Below are positions 21,322-30,731 of a stretch of 64,000 nucleotides of DNA, one piece after another. The notes under the pieces are model-generated. The model was not told the origin of the DNA and did not search any database. It was given only the letters and a program-made list of their open reading frames with translations. Source of the stretch: an uncultured Chloroflexia bacterium. Its GTDB lineage: Bacteria > Chloroflexota > Dehalococcoidia > DSTF01 > JALHUB01. Each line of letters opens with the position of its first letter. Positions within the stretch are counted from its first letter, which is position 1. The DNA lies in assembly GCA_963726245.1 (NCBI GenBank), contig CAVSBT010000019.1, positions 85,855 to 149,854 on the forward strand, read 5' to 3'. Both the position numbers and the translations under genes were made by a program.

Positions 21322-22003
21322 TCAGTCGCCGCTCTTCTGGGGCCCGATGGCGGGCTCTCGTAGGTAGAGGGGAACCAGGCTGCGCGGGTCGTCGCTGAGG
21401 CCGGCGGCCAGGCGGCGCCAGCCCAGGCTGGCCAGGTGGCTCGGTCGACGCAGGGCGGCCGCCATCCTTGCCGGCTCGACGCCTCGCTGGGCGAGCTCCG
21501 GCGCCAGCCGTTCGATGTCCTCGCCGCAGAAGAGGGCGTCCGCAGGCGCCAGCCGCGGCAGGTCGTCGATGGGGCTGAGTCGCGGCGGCGACAGCTCCTG
21601 CCACTCGGAGGCAGGGCCCGCTGTAGAGCGCCCAGGCGACCTCCCGCCGCCCGGCCAGGTGCAGCGGGCAGATGGGGCCGGAATGCGGGTGCGAGCTGTG
21701 GGCGTAGGCCTCCACCTCCAGCCGTCCGACGCCTACCAGCGGGATGTCCAGCGCGAACGCGAGGCCCTTGGCGGTGCTGACGCCCACCCTCAGGCTGGCG
21801 TAGCCGCCGGGGCCGGTGCAGACGAAGACGGCCGTCAGTTGCTCTTTCGAAACCCCCGTGCGCTCCAGGAGCCCCTGGACGGCCGGCATGAGCTCCACCG
21901 AGTGCCGGCGCGGGCAGTGCCAGGTCAGCTCGGCGAGGGTACGCCCTTCCTCAGATAGGGCGATGCCCGCCCAGTCGCTCGCTGTGTCCAGTGATAGCTC
22001 CAC
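21322..22003 (-). CDS. tsaB: t6A biosynthesis protein TsaB (frameshifted)
   Basis: LSLDTAS, HSVELMP, GPGGYASLRVG, C-terminal LVPLYLREP. Confidence 0.9.
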
Positions 22004-22011
22004 AGTCTCCC

Positions 22012-22518
22012 TCAGGCGCGCCGTCGCCCGCGAGCGGCCCCGGCAGGGGACCGCTTCGTCGCTGGCGACAGGGCGCGCACCAGCTCCTCGTAGCGATGGC
22101 CGCGGGCCTCGAAGGTGAGGCGCCGGCGGCGTTCGTCTTCCCACTCCAGGCGTACCAGCAGGTGCTCGGGCGGCAGCTCGTCCCAGGCGCGCTCCGGCCA
22201 CTCGACCGCCAGGACGCCGTCGGCGGCGGTCTCCTCCAGGGCCAGCTCCATGACCTCTCTTGGGTCCTCCAGCCGGTAGAGGTCGGCGTGGTACAGCTTC
22301 AGGCGTCCGCCGTATTCATTCAAGAGGACGAACGACGAGCTCTTCACCTGGTCGGTCGCCCCCAGGCCGCGCCCGACGCCCTGCGTGAAGCAGGTCTTGC
22401 CGGTGCCCAGCTCCCCCAGGAGGAGGATGACGTCGCCGGGACGGAGGTGGCGACCGAGGCGGGCGCCGAGGCGGCGGGTAGCGGCCGGGCTGTCGCTGTC
22501 GAGGGTGAGGGGGCCCAC
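22012..22518 (-). CDS. tsaE: t6A biosynthesis ATPase TsaE
   Basis: LLGELGTGKT, VKSSSFVL, HADLYRL, VEWPE. Confidence 0.93.
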   Translation of the reverse strand: MGPLTLDSDSPAATRRLGARLGRHLRPGDVILLLGELGTGKTCFTQGVGRGLGATDQVKSSSFVLLNEYGGRLKLYHADLYRLEDPREVMELALEETAADGVLAVEWPERAWDELPPEHLLVRLEWEDERRRRLTFEARGHRYEELVRALSPATKRSPAGAARGRRRA

Positions 22519-23591
22519 TAGCGCCGCCGCTCCCGGCTGGCGAAATGGTCCCAACCGGCCTCCGCCAGGTCTATCTCTCGGCCGCGGCTGTCCACGACAC
22601 GCGGCCGGTGCGGCTCCCCCGCCACCATCTCGCCGATGATCGTCAGCGGCACGTTCACCTTGCCTCGCAGCTCCTCGAGGGTTGCAGCGGGCCCGGTCAG
22701 CAGCAGCTCGTAGTCCTCGCCGCCGGCGGCGGCCAGGGCTGTCGCCTCCTTGGGAAAGGCGCGGCGCAGTTCGTCGCTGACCGGCAGGCGGTCGGCGTGG
22801 ACCACCGCTCCCAGGCCGCTCAGCTCACAGACGTGGCCCAGGTCCTGTACCAGGCCGTCGCTGATGTCGATGGCGCAGCGTAGGCCCGCGGCGACGGCGG
22901 CGCGGCCCAGCTCGACGGGCGGGTCGGGCCGCAGGTGGGCGCGCCGCAGGCGCTCCGCCGCCTCCGGTGGGCAGTCCACGCTGCTGGTGAGGAGGCGCAG
23001 CCCTCCCGCCGAGTCGCCCAGGTGCCCGCTGACGGCGACGGCGTCGCCGGCGCGGGCGCCGTCGCGACGCAGCAGGAGCGGCGTGCCGTCGCCGGCCGTG
23101 GAGGGGCGGCCGCTGAGGGCGACGGTGACAATGAACTGGGCGGCGCGCACGACATCGCCGCCCGCCACCACCACGCCGAAGCGCCGCCCGGCCTCGGCGA
23201 GGCCACGGTAGAAGTCCAGGGCGTCCTCGACCCGGAACTCGCCGGGGAGGGCGAGGGTGATGAGGGCGTACTCGGGCGTGCCGCCCATCGCGGCCACGTC
23301 GCTGACGTTGATGGCGAGGGCCTTCCAGCCCAGGTCCTTCCAGGGAGCGCCGGGCGGGAAGTGGACCCCTTCCACCAGGGTGTCGGTGGTCGCGATCTGC
23401 GCCGTCGATGGGCTCACCCAGACGGCGGCGTCGTCGCCGATGCCCAGCAGGAGGCGGGAGCCGGCGGGCTGCATCGCCAGCGCCTCGTGCTGGTCGCCCA
23501 GCTCTTCCTGGAGGCGGGCTATGAGGGCGAATTCGCCGAGCTCGGAGACCCTACGGGCGTCTGCCCTGCGCGCACGTGCCATCACGGGCAC
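22518..23591 (-). CDS. thiL: Thiamine-monophosphate kinase
   Basis: GEFALI, IGDDAA, TDTLVEGVHF, NVSDVAAMGG, DISDGL, GGEDYEL. Confidence 0.95.
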   Translation of the reverse strand: MPVMARARRADARRVSELGEFALIARLQEELGDQHEALAMQPAGSRLLLGIGDDAAVWVSPSTAQIATTDTLVEGVHFPPGAPWKDLGWKALAINVSDVAAMGGTPEYALITLALPGEFRVEDALDFYRGLAEAGRRFGVVVAGGDVVRAAQFIVTVALSGRPSTAGDGTPLLLRRDGARAGDAVAVSGHLGDSAGGLRLLTSSVDCPPEAAERLRRAHLRPDPPVELGRAAVAAGLRCAIDISDGLVQDLGHVCELSGLGAVVHADRLPVSDELRRAFPKEATALAAAGGEDYELLLTGPAATLEELRGKVNVPLTIIGEMVAGEPHRPRVVDSRGREIDLAEAGWDHFASRERRR

Positions 23592-23671
23592 GATTATAGC
23601 CTTGCCCAGAGGGCGCCCACAATGCGAAGGGTGGGCGGCCGGAGGGACAGGCTGATATAGTGGACAGAGCG

Positions 23672-24405
23672 ATGCGGATAGTCATCGTCGCCGATATCCA
23701 CTCCAACCTGGAGGCCTTCGAGGCGGTGCTGGCGCACGCCGCTGGCGGGCCCATCGACCGCCTCTGGTGCCTGGGGGACGTCGTGGGCTACGCGGCGGAC
23801 CCCGCGGCCTGCATCGCCCTCCTGCGGCGCTACCCGCACACGGCGGTGGTCGGCAACCACGACCTGGCGGCCATCGGCGGAGCTGGGTACCGGCGATTTC
23901 AACCCCGTGGCCGCTCAAGCTGCGGCCTGGACGGGCGAGCGTCTCTCGGCGGACGAGCGCCAGTACCTCTCCTCGCTGCCCCTCGTGGTGGTGGAGGACG
24001 ACTTCACTCTGGTGCACGGCAGCCTGCGCCAGCCCGAGTGGGAGTATCTGCTCTCCGCCGAGGCCGCGGCGGAGCACCTCCGGCTCCAGGAGACGCCCTA
24101 CAGCCTGGTGGGCCACTCGCACGTCCCCTTTGTCGTGGTGGAGAACGAGGGGTCGCCTGCCGACCATGACTCCGTTGGAGGACGGCGACGTGGTCAGGCT
24201 GGGCGAAGGCCGGCTCATCATCAACCCGGGCGGCGTGGGACAGCCGCGGGACGGCGATCGCCCGCGCTTCCTACGCCGTGTACGATACCAAGGCCCGCAC
24301 GATCACCCTGCACCGCGTGAGTACGATCTGGAGAGGGCCCAGCGCAAGATACGGGAGGCCGGCCTGCCTCCCTACCTGGCCGAGCGGCTGGCGCACGGCC
24401 GGTAG
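23672..24405 (+). CDS. Metallophosphoesterase (frameshifted)
   Basis: ADIHSN, LGDVVGY, GNHD, VHGS, GHSH, INPGGVGQPRDGD. Confidence 0.88.
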
Positions 24406-24423
24406 GCGTGCGCTGGGGAGGTG

Positions 24424-27400
24424 TTACTGGAGGCTTTCTGCCCGCTTGATCCAGCCGGTCATGCCCAGGGCACGGAACTGCTGCAGGGCGGCGTCCAGCA
24501 AGGGAGAAGCCCGCTCCCTATCGCCGGGGGCGCCGCGGCGGATGTACATCAGCGCCTCGTCGAAGTCGGTGATGGCGCGAAGAGGGCGGGCGCCCTGCTC
24601 TTCGAGGACGGCGCGGGCCCTGGCGAACCACTCGACCGCCTCGTCGTGGCGGCCCTGGAGGGCGCAGAGACATGCCATGGACCGCCGCGAGTCCTGCATG
24701 GGGTAGCGGAAGTCGGGCTCAACAACCTTCTCTCGCAGGTTTCGCTCGATGACCTCGATGTGGTCGACGCGCTCCAGGAGCCAGAGGGTCTCGACGGCGA
24801 GACAGGCGACCACTGTGTAATTCGCTGCCCAGCCCGGTGCCCGCTCCAGCGGGGCCATCAGCGTTCCCAGCCAGTGCAGAGCCTCCTCTGTTCGTTCCAA
24901 CCGGGCGCAGACGGCGGCAGCGTTCGCTCGAATGGCGGCAAAGACCCACTGGTACTCTGGCGCCCGCTGTTGCAGAGTGATTTGCACCGCGCGGAGGTAG
25001 TCCTCCCACTTAACTTCCAGCCGGGCGGTGGCCATCTCAAACCTGGCAGCAGCCTAGTTGTATGACCTGCCGCGATGGACCGGCCAGCCGTCCGGCCAGC
25101 GCCGATCCCCGATCGTAGCCGGCCTGCGCCGCAGCGAAGTCGCCGAGGGCATTGTGGCAGCGGGCCGCCTGCGCCCAGTGAAACACAGCCCAAGCGATCT
25201 GCCCCTGTTGCTCCGCCCGGACGGCCTGCTCTTGCCAGAGGGGCAGGCTACGGCGGAACTCGCCCGCCCAGAACGTCAGGAACACCGAGTCGTCACTGGC
25301 GTGCGTTAGGACATCTTCTCTCGAAGAGAAAGGCGTGAAAGACCCGAGGGCTTCGCGCTCCTCGGCTGGCAGATCCGGCACGATGCGCGCCACTTCACGG
25401 CGCTCGGGCCTATCCAGCGGGATGCCAAGGTCGTCGGGGTCCTCTGCCTCCTGACGCAGAAGATCCACCGCCATGAGCCAGGCCCATGTGCGGTCCCGGC
25501 GCGCCGCCGCGTACCCCACTCCCTGTTCGGCCAGCGCCCACGCACCACGAATGAACCCGGCAAGAAACATCACCCGTACTGCCTCCGCCAGGTAGTCGGC
25601 CGCCGCGTCCGCGCCCTCAGATTCAGCGATGAGGTGGCCGGCCTTGCTCGCCGCCCTTAGAGCCTCGTCGAAGTCGAGCGCCCAGCCCAAAGCCAGCCCG
25701 AGGCGACCAAGCAGGCGAGGTCGCCGCTGATCCTGCGCCGGCAGCAGATCCAGGGCGATACGCAGGAAGACGGCTGACTCGTCGCAAGCGTAGGCCGCCT
25801 CCGCCCGGTCGGCCGCCGCCAGGGCGTGGGCGACGCCGCGCTCGGCGCCGGGGAGGGCCGCGCTGCGATGATATTGATAGGCCAGCTCCGCCGCGTGGTC
25901 AGCCGCCTCGATCACCGTAGGAACGCTCCATCGCCTCGGCAATCTGGCGGTGCAGCCGCACCTGCCGTGAGGGGCTCAGCTCGCCGTAGAGGGTGTGGCG
26001 GATGAGGGCATGGGTGAAGTCGTAGGTGTCTGCTTCGCCGCCCGGCCTCAGGAGCTGCACCGCCAGGGACTCGTCGACGGCGTCGAGGGCCGCTGTCTCC
26101 TCAAGGCCCGCCACGCTCGCAGCGATGTCGAAGGGGAAGAGACCGTTGAACGCCGACGCCACGGTGAGCAGGCGGTTTGCGTCCTCGGAGAGGCGTGAGA
26201 CACGCCGGCCGATGACCTGGCGCACGCCCTCCGGTATGCCCATCTCGGCGATTGATAGGTTTGTCGTCCACTGGCCCTTTTCGCGGTAGATCTTCCCCTC
26301 CTCCACCAGGTGCGCCAGGACCTCGCGGATGAAGAAGGGGTTGCCGTCGGTCTCGGCGCTGATGGCGCTCACGAGGGCGTCCGGGACATCCTGTTCCGCC
26401 AGACTCGCCAGGAGCTGACCTACCTCCTGCGTGTCAAGGCCCTTGAGCAGGATGCGCTCGTAGTTCGTCTCCCGGCGCAGGGCGCCCAGGGCATCGGCCA
26501 GCGGATGCTGGCGGTCCAGCTCCACGTCCCGGTAGGCGCCGAGGAGCAGGATCCGGTTGCGGGGCGCGAAGCGGGCCACGTGCCGCAGCATGGCGATAGT
26601 CCCCCTGTCCGCCCAGTGCAGGTCGTCCAGCACCAGCACCACTGGCGCCCGCGTCGACGCCCCGATGAGGAACTGGGAGACGGCGTCGAGCAGGCGGAAG
26701 CGCTCCTCGTCGGGTTGGAGGCTCGCGGGCTCTGGGATGTCGGGCAGGCTGTTCCGCAGCTCCGGCACCACGCGGGCGATGGGACCTGCGCCAGCGCCCA
26801 GGTCGTGGCGCAGCTCGCGGGGATCGGCAGAGCGGCTGTACTCGCTGATGGCCTCGGCGAAGGGGCCGTAGGGCGGCGCCCACTCGCCTTCGTAGCAGCG
26901 GCCCCAGAGGATGACTGTGCCCTCCTTGCGGGCGGCCTCGGCGCACTCCTCGGCGAGGCGTGTCTTGCCGATGCCGGGCTCGCCAACGAGCATCACCAGC
27001 CCGCCGTGGCCAGCGCGGGCCTCTCCGAGCTTCTGGCTCAGCTTCCCGACTTCGGCGGACCGGCCGACGAACGGCGTATGGACCAGCAGGGCCGCCGGCT
27101 GGTCGACATCGTACAGGACCTCGCAGGCGGCAACGGGCTCAGCGATCCCTTTCAGCTCCAACTGACCGCAGTCGCGGAACGCTGAAGGCCTGGCGGCCCG
27201 AGAGCAGACCTGCTACGAGGGAGCTACACAGGATCTGCCCGGCCTCGGCGCGGTCGCACAGGCGCCTGGCGACAACGACGGGCGTCCCGAAGTAGTCGGT
27301 CTCCTCCCGCAGCGCCTCGCCCACGTTCAGGCCCACCCTGACCTCGAGGCGCTCGCCGAGGGTGGGCCGGCGGGCAGCCTGCTGCATGGCGATAGCGCAG

Positions 27401-27621
27401 CGTACCGCATCTGCCGCCGAAGGGAAGGCTACCATCAGGCCATCGCCGAGCCACTTCACCTGGTGGCCACCGCTGGCGGCGACGGCCTCTTGGAGCAGCC
27501 TGTGATGGGCCTGGAATATGCGCTGCGCGCTCTCGTCCCCGACCCTCTGGAGCAGCTCGGTCGAGCTGACGAGGTCGGTGAAGAGGATGGTGGTCGTGGC
27601 CGTACGCGGCCGGGTAGTCAT
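24424..27621 (-). CDS. Class III nucleotide cyclase + STAND AAA ATPase + TPR-like C-terminus (frameshifts near 27170, 25920, 25040)
   Basis: LFTDLVSST, KWLGDG, RVGL, ELKGI; FVGR, GEPGIGKT, LDDLHWAD, GNPFF, FTHALIR; helical C-terminus. Confidence 0.85.
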
Positions 27622-27843
27622 GGCGAACGGATTATAGCAGGTGCCGGGATGCTCGTGTGTTGCGCTCGGGAATCTCGCGCCTCAAGTCCGTCCGGTCTTG
27701 TTAGACACGGCCCTGTCGTTGAATGAAGCCGCGATCCCACTCTCGACTCATCGTGGCAAGACGGGCCGTGGCGCGCTACACTGTGAAGGCTGCCGACGAT
27801 GACGGCATTGCGGCAGCAAGGAGCTGGACTGCGACTTCAAGAC

Positions 27844-28881
27844 ATGAGAGGGCGCGCCGTGAAGGTGTTGATAGCCATCGGCCTGGAGGAGGCGCTGGTG
27901 GAGCAGGTGCGCGCCGTCGACCCGCGCCTGGAGGTGACCGTCCTCGACCGTGACGCGGCCTGGCTGCTCCGGGGCCGGCCGCTGCCGCCCGAGGTGGATG
28001 CCGAGGCCGCCGAGCGGCGCCTGGACGCCGCCCTGGCGGAGACCGAGGTGCTCTACGGCTTCCCTCCCTCGCCGGAGCGGGCCGGCGAGCTCCAGGCCCG
28101 GGCGCCGCGGCTGCGCTGGTTCCAGGCGGCCAGCGCCGGCGTCGACCGGCTGGAGCGCGGGGGCTTCTTGGGGCGGCAGGTCGTGGTCACCAACTCGAGC
28201 GGCGTTCACGCTACGCCCGTCGGTGAGTACGTCCTGATGGTGATGCTGATGTTCGCCAAGGGGGCGCATCGCCTTCTGCGCGCCCAGGCCGAGAGGCGCT
28301 GGACTCGGCTGCTTCCCGCGGAGCTGCGAGGCAAGACGGTGGGAGTGGTAGGCATGGGTCACATCGGGACGGAGGTGGCGCGGCTGTCCCGGGCTGCCGG
28401 CTGCCGGGTGCTGGCCATCCGGCGCTCGGCGCTGGAGCGGCGCCCCGGCCGGCCGCCGGCCGACGAGGTGCTGCCGCCCTCTGACCTTCCGTACCTGCTG
28501 TCGGAGAGCGACTACGTGGTGCTGGCGGTGCCCCTCACCCAGCAAACGCGGCATCTCATCGGTCCCGAGGAGTTGCGGGCCATGAAGCCGACGGCGGTGC
28601 TCATCAACATCTCCCGCGGCGCTGTCGTGGACGAGGAGGCCCTGGTGCAGGCCCTGAAGGAGGGCTGGATCGGAGGCGCCGGCCTGGACGTTTTCGAGCG
28701 AGAGCCCTTGCCGGAGGACAGCGAGCTGTGGGGCATGGAGAACGTGATCCTCACCCCGCACATCTCCGGTGGGACGGAGCGCTACTTCGAGAGGGCGGTG
28801 CCCATCTTCTGCGAGAACCTGCGCCGCTACCTGGAGGGCCGCCCCCTGCTGAACGTGGTGGACCCCCGGCGGGGCTACTAG
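27844..28881 (+). CDS. D-2-hydroxyacid dehydrogenase
   Basis: SAGVD, GMGHIG, INISRG, LDVFEREPL, TPHISG. Confidence 0.92.
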   Translation: MRGRAVKVLIAIGLEEALVEQVRAVDPRLEVTVLDRDAAWLLRGRPLPPEVDAEAAERRLDAALAETEVLYGFPPSPERAGELQARAPRLRWFQAASAGVDRLERGGFLGRQVVVTNSSGVHATPVGEYVLMVMLMFAKGAHRLLRAQAERRWTRLLPAELRGKTVGVVGMGHIGTEVARLSRAAGCRVLAIRRSALERRPGRPPADEVLPPSDLPYLLSESDYVVLAVPLTQQTRHLIGPEELRAMKPTAVLINISRGAVVDEEALVQALKEGWIGGAGLDVFEREPLPEDSELWGMENVILTPHISGGTERYFERAVPIFCENLRRYLEGRPLLNVVDPRRGY

Positions 28882-28897
28882 CGAGGGTCAGGGACGG

Positions 28898-29527
28898 ATG
28901 GTAGCTGAAGAAAAGGCAGGCGAAGCGACACCGGTCGCAGCGGCAGGCGGCGGCCTCGTGCTACGGTCGGCCCGCTTCTTCTACCTCACGCGCGGGCTGT
29001 GGAACCTGGCCTCGCTGGGCCTGGCCCTGGCGTTGAAGGCGCTCGCCGGCTCGTCGGTGCCGCCGTGGGCCTACGGCCTGCTGGGAGCGGTGGTGCTGGC
29101 CACCCAGGGCTGGCGCATCTGGGCGGCCGGCTTCGTGGGCCGGCCGGCCCGCGGTGGCGAGCCCGCCGGCGAGACCCTGGTCACGGCCGGCCCCTACGCC
29201 CGCCTCCGCAACCCCATGTACCTGGGGACAGTCATCGGCGTCCTGGCCTTCGCCGGCATGTCCGGCCTCTGGTACGCCGTCCTCGCCGTGGCGGTCATGC
29301 TGGGTCTGGTCTACGCCGGGGCCATCGCCTACGAGGAGGCCTTTCTCTCGGCCCGCTTCGGCGAGGAGTACCGGCGCTACCGGGAGGCTGTCCCCCGCCT
29401 CCTGCCGGCGCTCCGTGCGCGTGGCGACCGTAAGGGGCGCTTCCGCCTGGCCGACGGGCTGGCCAACGAGGGCGGCTCGCTGGTCTTCCTGCCGCTCTTC
29501 TTTGTCCTCTTCTGGTTCGTGGGCTGA
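28898..29527 (+). CDS. Isoprenylcysteine carboxylmethyltransferase/PEMT family membrane protein
   Basis: LVTAGPYARLRNPMYLG, EEAFLSARFGEEY...VPR. Confidence 0.88.
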   Translation: MVAEEKAGEATPVAAAGGGLVLRSARFFYLTRGLWNLASLGLALALKALAGSSVPPWAYGLLGAVVLATQGWRIWAAGFVGRPARGGEPAGETLVTAGPYARLRNPMYLGTVIGVLAFAGMSGLWYAVLAVAVMLGLVYAGAIAYEEAFLSARFGEEYRRYREAVPRLLPALRARGDRKGRFRLADGLANEGGSLVFLPLFFVLFWFVG

Positions 29528-29621
29528 GGGGACGGCTCCGTAGGGGCCGAGCTTCGGCCACGGCCCAGGACGGAGCTGAAGCTCCGTCCTTACGGGCAGC
29601 TTCTGGTTCGTGGGCTGAGGG
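29509..29621. repeat. 22-bp direct repeat flanking a REP-like hairpin element
   Basis: cttctggttcgtgggctgaggg at 29509-29530 and 29600-29621; internal aggacggagc-tgaa-gctccgtcct. Confidence 0.8.
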
Positions 29622-29684
29622 CAGGCGCTCTACGCGACGCTTCCACGCTGACGGGCTCTTCTTCGACCCGAGGGCTGACAGGAG

Positions 29685-30669
29685 CTAGTCGTGCGCCGGC
29701 CGCGGAATGATGCGGTCGAGCCGCTCCCGGACCTGGATAGCCTGCTCCACCGTGCGGTCGAAGAGCTCCTTGACGGTGGGGATGTCATGGACGAGCCCCA
29801 CTGCCTGCCCCACACTGGCGAAGGTGTCTTCCACCTGCCCCTCCTCGAAGGCGGCGTTGGGGCTGCCCGGTGATGACAGGAATCAGCTCCTCGATGGTGG
29901 TGCCGCGGGCCTCCATCTCCAGGACCTTGTCGGTAAGGGCGTTCTTGGCCACCCGGATGGCGTTGCCTATGGAGCGCATGACATAGGCGGTGTCTGACTC
30001 CGTGGCCTTGACCAGGTACTCCTTCCAGGCGGGGTGGCCGTAGCACTCCTGGGTGGCCATGAAGCGGGTGCCCATGAGGACGGCGTCGGCGCCAAGGGCC
30101 AGGGCAGCCGCCAGGCCGCGGCCGTCGGCGAAGCCACCGCCGGCCACCACCGGGATGTTGACGGCGTCCACGCACAGAGGCACCAGGACCAGGCTGGTGA
30201 CCATGTCCAGCCCAGGGTGGCCGCCGCACTCGTAGCCGACGATGCAGACGGCGTCGCAGCCGAGCCGCTCGGCGGTGCGGGCGTAGCGCACGCCAGCCAC
30301 CTTGTGCATGATCTTGACCCCGCCCTCGTGGAGGGCCTGGACGATGCCCTCCGGGCTGCGGCCCGATGTCTCCACCACGGGGATCTTCTCCTCCACCGCT
30401 ATCTGGACCCACTCCTCGATGGGCTGGCGGCGGACGGCGGGGAAGAGGTTGATGTTGAGGCCGATGGGGCCGTCGGTCAGGTCGCGGGCCTTGCGGATCT
30501 CGGCCCGCAGGGCGTCCAGGTCCTCGCCGAAGGTGGCGCCGACCATGAAGCCGAGGCCGCCGGCGTTGGCCACGGCGGCCACCAGCTCCGCCCTCCCGAC
30601 CCAGAACATGCCGCCGCAGATGATGGGGTAGCGGATGCCGAACATCTCGGTGATACGGGTCTGGAACAC
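29685..30669 (-). CDS. Nitronate monooxygenase/FabK-like flavin oxidoreductase (frameshift near 29860)
   Basis: YPIICGGM, NAGGLG, GYECGGHPG, VAGGGFADGRG, MGTRF. Confidence 0.9.
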
Positions 30670-30731
30670 ATCAATCTCCTTTCCCTGTGCAGGGAGCGGT
30701 CAACGCCGATCGCTGGACAACATCCAAGGGG

